A DNA stretch of 64,000 nucleotides from Eledone cirrhosa (GCA_964016885.1 OZ024742.1:140802001-140866000); one strand, 5' to 3'; positions 1-12,530 are shown, numbered from the stretch's first letter. Numbers and translations are program-made. The notes: generated by a model not told the origin, from the sequence alone.

Positions 1-419
1 TATTTTATGTTATTTTATAGCATTTCTGTGCATGAGCAATCACTCTTTTTATTAACTTTATGCCCTTGGCAGTTCATAAAAGTACAAGAGATAGCTATGG
101 ATATGTTTATATGCATTGATTTTTCTGATGAAAAACAAAGATTAAAGAAGGTTGCATGATAAAATTCACTATATTAGCAATGGATGTAAATAATATATCA
201 AGAGCTGTCACTGGCAGAGTTAATTTTATAAACAGGAAAACATGTAAATTAAGAAGATGAACATCAGAGACATAGATTACCAAGTTCATTTAAACAGAAA
301 TTAGTTTTCTTCAGTTAATATCATCAGAAATGTAATATCTAATATCTTTAATGCTTTAAGATCACCATAAGCAACATCTTCAGAATTATATGAGAATAAA
401 AAATAAGCTTCAACATTGA

Positions 420-560
420 AGGTATGACTGTATGGTTAAGAAATTTTCTTCATAACCAACTAAGTTCTGAGTTTGATCCCAACGCATGGCACCTTTGTTG
501 GAAAATGACATCTGTCATAAATTTTATAAACAATGTTTGGTAGATGGAAACTATGTGGAA
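420..560 (+). mobile_element. Decayed tRNA-derived SINE, family A, head region
   Basis: Head with box A/B-like motifs (TGGTTAAG...GAGTTTGATCCC) followed by TTTGGTAGATGGAAACT, the reverse complement of the family A copies at 585-710, 25805-26110 and 60445-60560. Confidence 0.55.
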
Positions 561-584
561 CATACATTCATATATATAATATGC

Positions 585-710
585 ACCAAATTTCATTCAC
601 ATTGTCAGTCACAAGATATAGTAGAAACACATGCCCAATGTACCATGTAGTGGAATGAATCTCAAATCATGTGGCTGTGAAGCAACATTCTTAACCACAC
701 AGTAATGCCT
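585..710 (-). mobile_element. Decayed SINE, family A
   Basis: ACCAAATTTCATTCAC...ATAGTAGAAACACATGCCCAA...CATGTGG...TTCTTAACCACACAG, shared with other copies in the window. Confidence 0.6.
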
Positions 711-1754
711 CACAGTGAGAATTTTGAGTGCTTAGAGCATTACCATGTCACACATGACCACAATAAATATATGAATATATTTGGTATTTCAAACTAGCAC
801 TATATACTCATAAGGATGTTAGCATACCAATCAAATAATTATTTAAGAAGTTCATATTTTATTGTTTGAGGTTGAAAATATCTGTTAGTTTACTTGGATA
901 ATAGTTTGCTTGGATAATAAAATAACATTAAATTTATGGTCGGATTTCCCTTAGTCAATAATTCATGAACATTTTGAATGAAATCCAAGTAATAAATCTT
1001 AAAAGGAAATCAGAAATAATCTAAAGCAGGTCTGTGAAGAAGAATAAATTAAGGAAAGAGAGAGAATAAACAAGTCAACTGTTGTGTTAAAAAAGATCTC
1101 AGCAATGTCAAAAATCCTGTAATTTATGACAGGATTTTTTTCTTTTTGGAGAACATTATTTGATACTAGATATCAATAAACCTTTCAATAGTTAAATAAG
1201 AAGAGGAAACTATTATATGAATTCATGTATATCATTTGGCTTTACTGATAGGGAAGATGGGAAAGTAGAAAAAACATCTATTTCATTAGATGTGAGAATG
1301 GAGAAAGGTTTATTCGATAGGCATGGCTATTAACAGGTGACAAACTTAAAAGAGCAACAAGATTTTAGGATCAAAATCAGTAGTAGCAGGTTATATCAGG
1401 GAAAAAATATTTTTGGAAAGCTGACAATGATGAAAGAGGTTAGCTTAAAAAGGATTTATACGGGTTTATGAAGCGATGAGATAGTCTCAAATAAAGATGC
1501 TGATGTGAGTGATAAACAAGAAGGAAAATACAGGCGACTTGAAAGGAATGCAATTAAGAAACATTTATGTACAAGCAGTACCATTAAATGAATTTTCTTA
1601 TTCAATTTGTCCATCTTAAAGTATAATAAAAATAAAAAAAATGATACAAAATTTGTAACCATATGAAAAAGTCAATAACTATTAAGAATTTTATTGAGAC
1701 TAGATCAAAGAAACTGCCATATTTACTGAAATGTGTTTTTCTCTCCTTTTAAAG

Positions 1755-1791
1755 AGTGGAAAAATATAGAGTTCACAAACATCAAGTAAAG
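1755..1791 (+). other. Possible 37-nt micro-exon (weak)
   Basis: Pyrimidine tract then AAAG acceptor, AAG|GTAACT donor; one open frame (VEKYRVHKHQVK). No partner exons or recognisable homology. Confidence 0.15.
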
Positions 1792-2169
1792 GTAACTGAT
1801 TTAATTGATAAAATCTAAAGCTGTATCCAATGTACCTTAGCTATAATAACATTTATAAAAATCTTTTGTAAACTAAAAATGCTCCATTTTATGAATTTAA
1901 ACATGGAAAACTGATACCAAACAGAAATAAATTATTTTACTTTTTATTTATCTACTTTATTTTCACCAAGGTTATATGAATATTAAACAGAGAGAATCAA
2001 TTTACCTGTTCTATATACTTCTTTTTTCATGAACACTAGTACTTAACCCATTGTTTTATGAACAAAATAAGTAATATTCTGTTTCATCAAGTTTCTTCAC
2101 AAATCTATAAGGATGTGGTACAAAAAACAGACATATGATGATACACACATGCACACACACAATAATCTC

Positions 2170-2470
2170 ACATTGTTGGTGATCTATATGATAAACACAC
2201 CCAGCACATGCTGTAAAGTGGCTGGTGATAGAGAGGACATTGAGTCATAGAAAGATTGCCAAACAAATGGTTTTGTGGCAAAGACATAAGAACATCTGTA
2301 CTGCTGGTGTTATGATAAAATGCACTTAGTAGAGCGTGAGATCATATGTGAGGTGCAGATACCCAGCCCATCTGAGACGTCAGTAGCCCTGCTTGAATAA
2401 TACTAATTTGATCTGTGAAGACCCTTCGAACCCTTGTGAGCAGAGAAGATGGACGTTAAATGATGATGAT
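2170..2470 (+). mobile_element. Decayed short retroposon sharing the RTE 3' tail
   Basis: CACCCAGCACATGCTGTAAAGTGG...GGACGTTAAATGATGATGAT matches the 3' UTR and tail of the RTE copies. Confidence 0.6.
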
Positions 2471-2598
2471 ACACACACACACACTCACACACACATAAAT
2501 ATATATAGTGAAACATCAAAAAAGAAAAATAACACAGAATGACAAAGTACAATGATATATTATATAATAGTTTAATGCTTGATATAGTAGGAAGAGAG

Positions 2599-2633
2599 CC
2601 TTAACGTTTCAGATATTAGTCCTTCATCAGAAG
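2599..2633 (-). ncRNA. Minimal hammerhead ribozyme motif (Penelope pLTR type)
   Basis: Minus strand CUU-CUGAUGA-AGGACUAAUAUCU-GAAACGUUA-AGG: intact core boxes, 3-bp stem I, palindromic AACGUU stem III. A decayed sister copy lies at about 40735-40775 (+). Confidence 0.6.
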
Positions 2634-4286
2634 ATAGAATGGGAGATAGAAGAAGAAATAAAAGACAGATAAGAGTAAGAAAAGGAAGAAACGAAAAAAA
2701 AAAATTTATAGCTGGGAAGCATGATATGTGTTTAGTGAACCATTTTGTGCATGTGTGTGTGTATATTACACACATATATATGTGTGTGTTTGCATGTTTA
2801 TAGTTATGTTTACACACATTAACAATAGCTACTGCTTTTTATGCCCCTCTATCACCCCTCATAACTTGTTCCATTGAGTGACTGTCATCAATATAAAGTA
2901 TGGAGAGAGAGGCGGGGAGACACACTTATGTCATGCAGTTTGATGTGTAAATATTTTAATCTTAATTTAAAGGTAAGTATTAATATCAAGAAGAGCTTGT
3001 GGCTAGAGAATTCTGTCTCATAAAAGTCTTATCCAATCCATGTCAGCATGGGAAAATGGATGTAAAAATATCAACAATGGAAATGATTAAAATATCTATA
3101 GAAATAGGTATAATATAAACAGAATTCCTCCAAATTTCTGATTATTTTCTAAAATTGATTGAAAAATATTGACAATATATTATTTCATTAGAAATATAAT
3201 AACAAAAAGGTTAATCTGATGATCTTACTAATCAATTGCCTTACTATAGGGTTTTTCTTAATACTAAATACTTACTCCTTCTACATCTAGCACATTTAAC
3301 CCTTTTTAAACCAAATCACCTAAAACCACCCTGAATTTGTGATACAAAACTGCTCATTTTAAAATGTTTATCCTTATATTAAAACCTTTCATTATAATTT
3401 TTGTTCATAATTAAAGTCATGAAAGTGTTAACGTTCTAGTTCTTTGCCAATCTATTGTGTTTATGTGTCTATTGTTAACATTGAGTTCTGACACAGTAAA
3501 TCTAAAAATAAAAGGTTTTCCAGCTTCAATTATTATAGCAATATGTTTAATATTTGCATATGGAATAGGAACTGAGATTAAATAAACTGTTTTCGACCAC
3601 AAATGGCTATCAAAATGCTATTCTGTTCAACTGCTTAGCTTTTGTAACTGAAATGTAGTGAGAATGGCCACAAGCAAGAATATATCAAGATATTAATTCA
3701 GGCACAAGGGATGTATGCTAGCATTAACTTCAGGTAGGTAGATACAATGAAGTATTTATGAGATTCATTGATAGAATCACCAGAGATTTAAAAGAAAAGG
3801 AACAATATAAAACAATAATAATAAATTGTATAATTGTCATCAATTCAGAACAAAGAAAAAAGATCTCACATCAATTTGTATTAAGCTTGGTTTGCTTTTG
3901 ATTCCCTTTACCAAATTGAATGTGTATGTGTATGTATAAAACCCATGCCAGCATGGATAAACAGGCATTAAATGATGGTGAGTATCATCATTATCATTTA
4001 ACATCTGCTTTCCTAAATAGACGCTAAAATTCTATGAGAAAATGTTCTTTGGTTTTTAAGAGTGCATATCAATAAATTCAATATTACTGTATTTATCCAG
4101 TGTGTTCCTGTGTGGTCATATGAGGCAACTAGAATGGATGGCAGCAGAAAAGACTTCTGGCTGCAAAACATTTGCCATGGCATGATGAATATGAAGACTG
4201 GGGTACACTAGATTGATCTCTGCTTTAGTGGAGAAAACACCCATAAAACATTCATATATCTATAAATTCAATATACATATATATAT

Positions 4287-4400
4287 TGAAGGTACAATTC
4301 CTCACAGTGACTAATCAGTTTCATTTAAGTAGAGAATCATTGGACTGTCCTTTCTTTCTGAGGTGAAACTGGTTAGTCATTGTGAGGAATTATATTTCCA
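4287..4400. repeat. Imperfect 37-bp inverted repeat containing a decayed hammerhead motif
   Basis: 4287-4323 is the reverse complement of 4364-4400 at about 31/37 positions. Minus strand 4304-4348 reads ACAGT-CCAATGA...GAAACTGATTAGTC-ACTGT. Confidence 0.6.
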
Positions 4401-4872
4401 CATGCATATTGATTCTTTTTTTTTATAAAGATAGCTATCCTTATTATATACATCCTCATTATTATCTGCATGTGTAATAACTCGTATTTTGAAGTATGAG
4501 TTATCAATCCCCGAAGAAGGTTCTCAGATTTTGTCCAGCAGACATTAGACAATGTCCAATTACTTTGTGAGTTTGCTAGAACAGAGAGGATCTTCCAGTG
4601 GGATTTTACTGTACACGCACACCCACACACACCCACACCCACACACACATATCATTATTTACTATAGAAATCGCTTCTACAAGACTAGAACTGTTTCATT
4701 CATATGAAATCATCAGGAATGATGTTCACACCATACTAATGTATTGAGCACCTTATTTACTGTGGTTACCCTTGATTGAACTTGGGATATATATATATAT
4801 ATATAACATTACCTATTGAGTATGCTGAGATGCAACCGGTACTAGCAGTCAAACTCATGCTAGTCCCGTCAA

Positions 4873-4903
<31 letters not shown>

Positions 4904-4914
4904 GATCTAAGAAT

Positions 4915-5110
4915 AGAGCAGTGATGGAACATCTGCTTTCCAGAACACTTCTATATCAGGGATTTTATCTTGCTATTTGATGTTGAGGATATTCCTCAAA
5001 CAGCACACGTGAAAACTGTTCAGTCTTCTTTCTTGAGTACATTGTCCAAATCTCACACCCATAAAGAAATGTTGAAAAAAACACATGTCTGGTAGATCAG
5101 AATTTTTAAA
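4915..5110 (-). mobile_element. RTE/BovB-like LINE 3' ORF relic
   Basis: Minus-strand translation with frameshifts: KILIYQTCVFSTFLYGCEIWTMYSR..RLNSFHVCCLRNILNIK*QDKIPDIEVF, typical of the BovB/RTE C-terminal region. Confidence 0.7.
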
Positions 5111-5576
5111 AGACGGACCAGGGAAAATTTTGTCTACTGTATAAAATCTCAATATTTAAGTGGGCTCTAGTTAGAGGGATCACATTATCTGAAATACAGT
5201 AATATCTAACAGAACAATATTAGAAGATTAAACTTGTAATGGATTAAATAAATCTTATTAATCATTGGAACAAGTGATGCTCTTTCATTCATATGATAAA
5301 ACAAAGATCAAAATAATCTGTATAAGCTTTAAACCCAAACAGAAGGCGGTTAAACAATCAATATACAGTTTGTAGAAATACAGAAAGCTTTATACCCCAT
5401 CTGATGTAGTAAGGTGAGCATGAAAATACTTAAGCTAGATTACAGTTTTGTACAGGGTAAAATTAATTCAAAGCCAAACTTCTAATAGCTGAGATTACTT
5501 CTTTCAGCGTAATTATGTACTTTTAATAAATTGGATAATATCTGAAGTGTGAGTAGTTTTTTCAAATTAATATCAT

Positions 5577-5831
5577 TTAACTCTTTTGATATTAAACCAC
5601 ATGAAACCACCTTGATTTTAGGATAGCAAACTGTTTTAAAGTGTTTATACTTATCTAAAAACCTTCCAACATAATTTTATGAAAGCAACTTTAAGTTATG
5701 CTCCAAACACCAAATAAATAATGAGAAAGTTAATAACATTACGAAATCCCTGCAAATTTTTTATAAGTTATGAAATTATTTAAAAATCATAACTTGGGCT
5801 ATTCATTAGAAATATGGTAATGAAAAAGCTA
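5577..5831. mobile_element. TTAA-type MITE, family P1 (decayed)
   Basis: TTAACTCTTTTGAT...AAATATGGTAATGAAAAAGCTAA; body shared with 3296-3433, 6060-6290, 8806-9030, 19844-20050, 23250-23493, 52899-53102 and 61920-62096. Confidence 0.55.
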
Positions 5832-6479
5832 ATAGAATCAAATAATATGTATTTAAGATACTGATTCCTTGCATAGATACAGAGTATGTCTAAAATTTAT
5901 AGAGAAAGGAAAATGAGATTCCTTACATTTATTACTTTCTCAAGAGCATTGGCAATGTGAAAGTTTACACAGGCATTGAAACCAAATCTTAGTTTTAGAT
6001 TGCCTCTATGATGGTGACCACTTGTTTTAAATGTTACATTCCTTAATTTTTTAAAATACCAAATTGCCTGTTTCTAGGATAAAAAACTGTTTATTTTAAA
6101 ATGCTTATATTTATCTAAAACTCTTCCATCATAATTTTATGTAGGAAACTTTAATTCCTGTTCCAAACACCAACTTAATGAGAAAGTTTACTATATTACT
6201 AAATACTTCCAAATTCTTGATTGTTTTCAAAATGATTTGAAAACTACAGGCAATGTCTTTCATTAGAAATGTTTAACAAAAGTGTCAAAAAGCATGTCAC
6301 TAAAAGACAAACACAATTAAAAACGACATATTTAAAAATACATAACTATAAAACCCCTTATAATTTTAAACCCTTTGTGGCCATATATCTAATGAAATAC
6401 ACTGTCTATATATTTCAATTAATTTTGAAAATAATCAATACAGATACAGCAAGATCTTCAATTGATGTTCAGTGAGAAT

Positions 6480-7220
6480 TTCCTAGTCTTGTGCCCCATC
6501 CATGAAATTGAAAATAACTGCAAAGAGCAAACCACATGAACATCCAGGATGCTCTTGCAGGAAGAAAGATGACTGTCCATTACAGCAAAACTGTATTTAC
6601 GAAGCAGAGATCAAACACACAAAGCCAACAAGCCAGAGACCCGCGAAAAATATGTAGGTATGGTCCTGGACCATTTTAAACAAAGGTTCTACCTGCACCT
6701 CTCCTCATTTAGACACCCCAACATGAAAACCACCACAGCACTGGCAAAAAGAAGGGTCTAGCAGATAAAAGAAAAGGGAATACCTCATGACATCACATGG
6801 AAAGAGCTTGAAAAGCTCAAAACCATATAGATATGGAAGCAAAAAATGCTTGCTCTGCCTTAGCGTGAAATTCAGGATCTTATAGGGTCTATACTCACCA
6901 GATATGTACCTAAACTCAAAGACAGAAATATTCAGGGCATGCTTGCATCAAAAGACCCAACTTTTACCTAACTGGATGCCCGCACTGCAAGACACCATCT
7001 CATCAGACATCCTGAAGCCCCCATGACACCAGCTACCTTTAGTACCCCTCAACGAGTGCACTGTGCACATACACAGATTGGCAAATTGATGAAAGAAACA
7101 TTGAGATTACACCATCACACTGCAACCAACGAGCATGCAGACATGCAACCCCCTACATCACAGATCTTAAAAATTGGTGAAGCCCCAATAAAGACACAAA
7201 TGATGAGTGAATATTCATGT
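6480..7220 (+). mobile_element. Penelope-like element relic (GIY-YIG endonuclease and 3' region)
   Basis: Broken translation GCSCRKKDDCPLQQNC..IYEAEIK..KYVGMVLDHFKQRFYLHLSSFRH..HDITWK..KKCLLCL..YLNSKTEIFRACLH: Cys-rich linker, GIY-YIG motifs and the C-terminal CxLC/LN motif of Penelope-like elements. Confidence 0.8.
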
Positions 7221-7270
7221 GTGCGAACATGCATATATATAACTATATATGAGTATATGTATATACACTC

Positions 7271-7428
7271 ATACAAATATACACAGACACAATGCATGCA
7301 CACACACAAACACATATACGTATATATGTATTTATACGTATATATACACAGACACAATGCATACACACACACACAATATACGTATATGTGTTTGTGTGTG
7401 TGCATGCATTGTGTGTGTATATTTGTAT
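7271..7428. repeat. Near-perfect 52-bp inverted repeat with an internal partial direct copy
   Basis: 7271-7324 equals the reverse complement of 7377-7428 apart from a 2-bp indel; the spacer repeats ATATACACAGACACAATGCA from the left arm. Confidence 0.9.
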
Positions 7429-7874
7429 GCATGTATGCATATATAACTACCCATACAGTTGTGTGCAAAGTTATACATGTGTGAGCACACATATATGTGC
7501 AAATGCATGTCTATTATATTTTAAATCTTTATTGTTCATCATCTGTGTCCATGTGTGTACCTGTGTCCATTTACATACAACAGATTAACTACCTGATAAA
7601 CACTGAGTTATTTCCCTTTTTCCCTTTATCCACTGAAATGAAGAGCCCTAGAAATTGATGAATCCGTATATAAATAGTTTTCAGCCCAGAATCAAATATA
7701 AATCTCTACTTTTAGGGGAGAGATTTGCCCTAGAGACAACAACTTCCACTTTTCATATTTTTTACCACATGCTTCAATGAAGAGCCAGTTTAAAAGTGCC
7801 TCCTCCATTATACAGTGGTGGCCATGACCCCGAAAGCATTGGTAACACATACATGTTAAGTGTACAACATTTTG

Positions 7875-7877
<3 letters not shown>

Positions 7878-7969
<92 letters not shown>
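7878..7969. repeat. Compound microsatellite (CA)n(CT)n(TA)n
   Basis: Directly visible. Confidence 0.95.
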
Positions 7970-8209
7970 TATTTATTTATAAAAAAAAGCATTTCAAATA
8001 TTATTTTTTGAGTCCTCTAAATCAAGTAAACACCTGTGCAACAGTTGTTTCATAATTGCCAATTATTAGGGTTCACATGGCTTCACTATTTAATTCATGC
8101 ATCAAAGTATTATAGTAGAGTTATTTGCATAGCAGGCATGAATGATTTATGAAAAGCTGGAAACCAGTTTTACCAGATTCTAATAAGAATAATTGCATAT
8201 ATTTTGAAT

Positions 8210-8460
8210 CATTTGTGTGATTGTATTAGTGAGTGGCCTATGGTGCTGTTCTTGACATTAGAAAGTGGGGAAACTAAACAATAGCTACTAAACACCAGAT
8301 ATATAAATATAAAAGTACGTATTTAATATATAATCTACTCCATGGTGTAGCTCTTTTTTTTTGGGGGGGGGGGGGGCTAGCTCTGAAATAATTGCAAAGG
8401 TAGACATTTGAGTTGGTTTTGAGAAGAGTAATATGAAGATTATTTCTGCTTCAGTTTTAT
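8210..8460. repeat. Unclassified dispersed repeat, second copy at about 9968-10226
   Basis: Shared anchors in the same order: GTGTGATTGTATT, CTTGACA, GGAAACTAAA, CTCCAT, TTGCAAA, CTTCAGTTTTAT. Confidence 0.55.
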
Positions 8461-8553
8461 GTTAAATCTTAAAGAATTTGAATGGATATCTAAATGTAAA
8501 TGAAACTGATTTCAATAATCATGCACCTAGTTTGGAATTCTTCATGAGAGCCT

Positions 8554-8771
8554 TTAACCCTTTAGTATTCACATTACTCTATATATACTATTATATTTTC
8601 ATGGCAAAGGCTTTACCTCGCATAATTATCTCACACAATATCGAATCTATGAGATTTTGAAAGTATTTATTTTGAGAACAATACCTTAACATCAGTTTGA
8701 GCGACCAGTTACAGCCAGTTTCAACAGAAAGAGGTAGAGAGTTTTGGCCGGTTTGAACATTAAAGGGTTAA
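8554..8771. mobile_element. piggyBac-type MITE, family P2, 210 bp between TTAA sites
   Basis: TTAA|CCCTTTAGTATTCA...TGAACATTAAAGGG|TTAA: 14-bp TIR matching at 12/14, CCC/GGG ends, TTAA target duplication. Confidence 0.8.
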
Positions 8772-8805
8772 AGGCTAAGTTAAAGAGAGCGCTGAAAATA
8801 GTGCC

Positions 8806-9030
8806 TTTAACTCTTTCATTACCATATTTCTAATGAAATATATTGTATTTTAATTAATTAAGGAAGAATTTGGGGAGTATTTAATAAAATTATAATTTCA
8901 GTAAGATGTCATTTGCAACATAACAAAATATTCTCATATAAAATTATGTAGGAACTGTTTAATGTGGGCAGCTTTGTTTCATAGAAACAAAGATAGTTTT
9001 GGGATGGTGGATTGTTATCAAAAGGTTGAA
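8806..9030. mobile_element. TTAA-type MITE, family P1
   Basis: TTAACTCTTTCATTACCATATTTCTAATGAAATA...TTATCAAAAGGTTGAA. Confidence 0.6.
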
Positions 9031-10259
9031 TATAGACAATAAAAGCCAGTAGTTGATGAAGAAGAAATTAATAAGATACTATTGATTGTACAGTGAGAAA
9101 GTGATGAAGGTTGAATGAGAGTATGTTGACAAACCGACAAACTATTAATGATATGATATGGATATTATAATCATTATCATCACCAGCATTTTACATATAC
9201 TTTTTATGCTGGCATTGGTTGGATGGGAACATTTATAATCTAAAGCAATTACATCAAAGAAGAATTATTCTAGTCATTCAAAAAACACACAAAGACTGTT
9301 AAATTCACTTTAGCGTCAAAATCTTTGTAATACTGTTTGTGATCTGGTCACTGATACAGTTTCATTGCAACTCACCAAGAAATAAATGATAAATGTAAAG
9401 TGTATCTGGTTTAGAATAAGCACACTATATCCCTGCATGTTATAAAAGGCAAATAAAAGGGTTGGTGCCAGGAAGAGCATCTAGCCATAAAACACTATCT
9501 TAAAAAGAACCCATGAGACTTGCATGGCTAACCATTGCCTTAAAATATTTGTTGTTCCTGTGTGTTTTTTGAATGATGTAATTGCTTATAATCTATGTTG
9601 GTGACAAACTGTAAAATAAATATCATGGCAGTGCAAGTAGAGAATAGACACATCTGGAAGAAAACCTGTCTGGATGAACAAAGAATATGACTGAAAAAAG
9701 AAAAACAAAACCAAAAAAGTAACAACCAACAAAAACACACTATCAAATTCTATAAAGAAGACTGAAGTGGAATGAAAATATAGTGAAAATGAAAAGCAAG
9801 TAAAAATGTGTCAAGAGCTGATGATAATAGAAGTAGCTAAAGTAGACAGGAAAATATGTTGCTTGTAATAGGTAGGTTTGATTTCAACTCTAAGAATACT
9901 TAGATAACAAAAATACCTTTCTTCAACTATAGCCTTTGTGTATTTTGTAATTGCATATGTTTTGTTTTGTGTGATTGTATTTAGTAAATAAGAATGATGT
10001 AAGGTGTAGCACTTGACACTACAATGAGGAAACTAAATAACAGCCACCACTAAGGACCAAATTTAAGAGTAAGTATTCAATATATTGGTGGAATTAGTGT
10101 ATATGAATATGATCTCCATATGGTAACTCTTTTCAAGGAGGAGGGTGAATAGTTCTGAATTGGTTGCAAAAGTAAAAATCAGAGTTAGATTTTGTAAGGG
10201 TGTTATTATTTAATCTTCAGTTTTATTGTATATCATCATTATCATCAACACACAACAAA

Positions 10260-10450
10260 GGCTTTAAGGCTATATTTCCGTTTTCCCAGGCTTCATTCCA
10301 GGCTCCATGACAGGCTTCATACACAACATGGGGTCCTTTTTGATGCAATGTTTATAGCTTGATGCCCTTCCTGGTGCTATCCACTTTAGTTACCTCTTAC
10401 AACATGCAAGGATATGGCATATCTATTCTAAACTAAATACACATAGGAAG
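10260..10450 (-). mobile_element. Decayed short retroposon; related copies at 9395-9500 (+), 27035-27125 (+) and 29915-30080 (-)
   Basis: Shared GATGCCCTTCCTGG...TTTAGTYACC..ACAACAT...TCTAAACYAAATACAC; the GATGCCCTTCC core is also in the RTE tail. Confidence 0.5.
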
Positions 10451-10534
10451 TCTTTTTTTTCTTGACCCACCCCTACCAAGAAAAACTTTCAAGATATGTA
10501 TCTAAATACTTTCTTTTAAAGAAAATTAGATTTA

Positions 10535-11392
10535 TCATATATATACTTGAATATAAGCTGATCAAAATATAAACCAGATCCCCTATTTTATGTCTGAGTA
10601 ATGGGCAAAAATCCAAACCCCATTTATTAGCCGTGGCAGCTAATCAACACATGTTTAGATGGTATGGTTTTAAAATTCCCATGAATATAAAATATATTTA
10701 TGAAGTTTTAATATCTTTATGTTTAAAATGTTTTAAGTCTCATTGAGAATATAGGTTGTTTCATAACTCCATTGCATAAGGCTTTTTTACCATTTCATCT
10801 ATTTTATAAAGTTTCAATAAGTTTTTAAAATTTTTGTTTACTTCCAACTATTCACATGGTTGGAGTACTTTGAAAGCAAGAGATCAAATAAGATAACTTG
10901 GTATAGGGATTAATAGAGTAGAAGGATATAGGGAGAAACAGCAAGTGAGAGAGTGAGAGCAATAAAACACAAGTCAGAAGTAAGATTTCAATCCTATGTA
11001 ACATTGAAAGAGAAAACATTATTAAGTCAGAGAAAAACCGTTGGTGTGCCATGTGTGTGCATGTATGTGAGTATGAGCACGTATGCATACCTGTGTGCAT
11101 GTCATGTGTGTATGTGTATGGGATATCTATGTATTAAAAAGTTCAAATTATAAAAATTTGTTGGAAATATTTTCAAGGGAATGCATAAATAACATTCATG
11201 ATAATGTAGTAAGTGTAAAAAGAAAAGTGTTACTGCAAAATAATCACTCCAGATATTTTAGTACCTTTTTTATGTAGAATTTGAAGTTGGTGAAAAACAC
11301 CAAATATTGACCTCGAATATAAGCCGACCTCTCCATTAAACCATCGATTTTTTTTGGCACATATTTCTCAGCTTATATACGAGTATATACAT
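10535..11392. mobile_element. Non-autonomous TIR DNA transposon, about 860 bp (TA-flanked, Tc1/mariner/pogo-like ends)
   Basis: Left end ATATATACTTGAATATAAGCTG and right end CAGCTTATATACGAGTATATACA are inverted; both ends match the two halves of 35102-35314. Confidence 0.7.
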
Positions 11393-12169
11393 TAATCTAT
11401 TTTCAAATAATTTTTAATTTGTATTTGATTCTATTGTGCTTATGACATTTTTCAGAGGCTCTCATACTGATGGGAGGGAGAAATGAAGTCATTAAACCAG
11501 AGACATGATCTGAATAATGGCAACAGAGTGGACTCTGCTAAAGACACAAAGTAATGAATTAAGTCTACCACCCACTGTTGAGAAGTTTTAAAGATATATG
11601 TATATATCAAATGAAGTAAATAAATATACCATAAATATTATCATTGTCATTAATTAAAAATACATAATTTATTGACAGTTAACCATTCTAATATGTCAAC
11701 TAGTGATTCATGACACTTTAGTGTAGAGATTTCTAAATTTCTTATATTGGTGACACATTTTGGAAAATTATTTTTTTGTAACTCATTAAGTTTTGTTAGC
11801 GACATAAAATAAACAAAATAAACTAAAAGAGAAAAAGGAAACAAGCTGACTATTAGATTGGACCAAGAAAACTGTTTCAAATGCTGATATTATTTGTCTG
11901 GAAGAAGGAGGCAGAAATTAAATCCAGAACACAGGCACAGCAGATATTGCAAAGAATGCTGTCCAACTCTTTAACAATTCTGCCAATCTACCACTTCTTG
12001 ACTAGTGCTTTAGGAAAATTAACAAAGTTTACCTCAGCAGGATTTGAACTCAGAGTGTAGAGAGACAGAACAAGTCTACAAATACTTTATTTCAAGCTTT
12101 AGATTTTATTAAATAGAAGAAGAAGTTATAATGAATCAGTTTTTATACAAATTGTATGTAAGTATATAC

Positions 12170-12510
12170 TATTTTATTCTTTTACTGGCATTAGTCATAT
12201 GACTGTAACTATGTCAGGGATATTGCTTTCAAGAGTTTTAGATCAATTATATTGACCTCAGTGCATAGACTGGTACATATTTTATGGACCTTAGAAGAGG
12301 ACAATAAAAGAAATTAATTGACCATGAAGAGATTGAATGTAAATGGATAGATATACCAGAAAGTATTGTCATTTGATACATTGGCTTTTTGCTATTCACA
12401 CATATACTCAATGTGTGTGTCTGTTTTGTCTCCCAAATTTTGCTCACATGGCTTTGGTCAACCCAAAGATAGGACAGTTGCATAAAGTGCTGCACTGTGA
12501 GATCAAACCT
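12170..12510 (-). mobile_element. Decayed SINE, family A
   Basis: CTTTTACTGGCATTAGTCATATGACTG...TTGACCTCAGT..ACTGGTAC...GGCTTTGGTCAACCCAAAG...CTGTGAGATCAAACCTGAAACC. Confidence 0.55.
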
Positions 12511-12530
12511 GAAACCTCTCTTTCTCTCTC

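Noticed and set aside
125-330. CTGATGA occurrences at about 126 (+) and 320 (-), also 3217, 9819, 25195, 46009, 50009 and 52115
   Set aside because: No correctly placed GAAA box with pairing stems, so not hammerheads.
990-1560. Purine-rich tracts resembling antisense old LINEs (also 49800-50600 and 30940-31440)
   Set aside because: No diagnostic motif could be read reliably by eye; left unannotated.
7023-7588. Overlapping ORFs on both strands with mirrored sequence
   Set aside because: Explained by the inverted repeat and CA/TA low complexity.
8353-8377. Poly-T/poly-G run, and poly-A runs at 52378 and 33459
   Set aside because: Simple homopolymers with no associated retrocopy or TSD evident.
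11456-11550. Candidate exon with TTTTCAG acceptor and GTAATG donor
   Set aside because: Stop codons in all three frames and no other support; it could only be non-coding.
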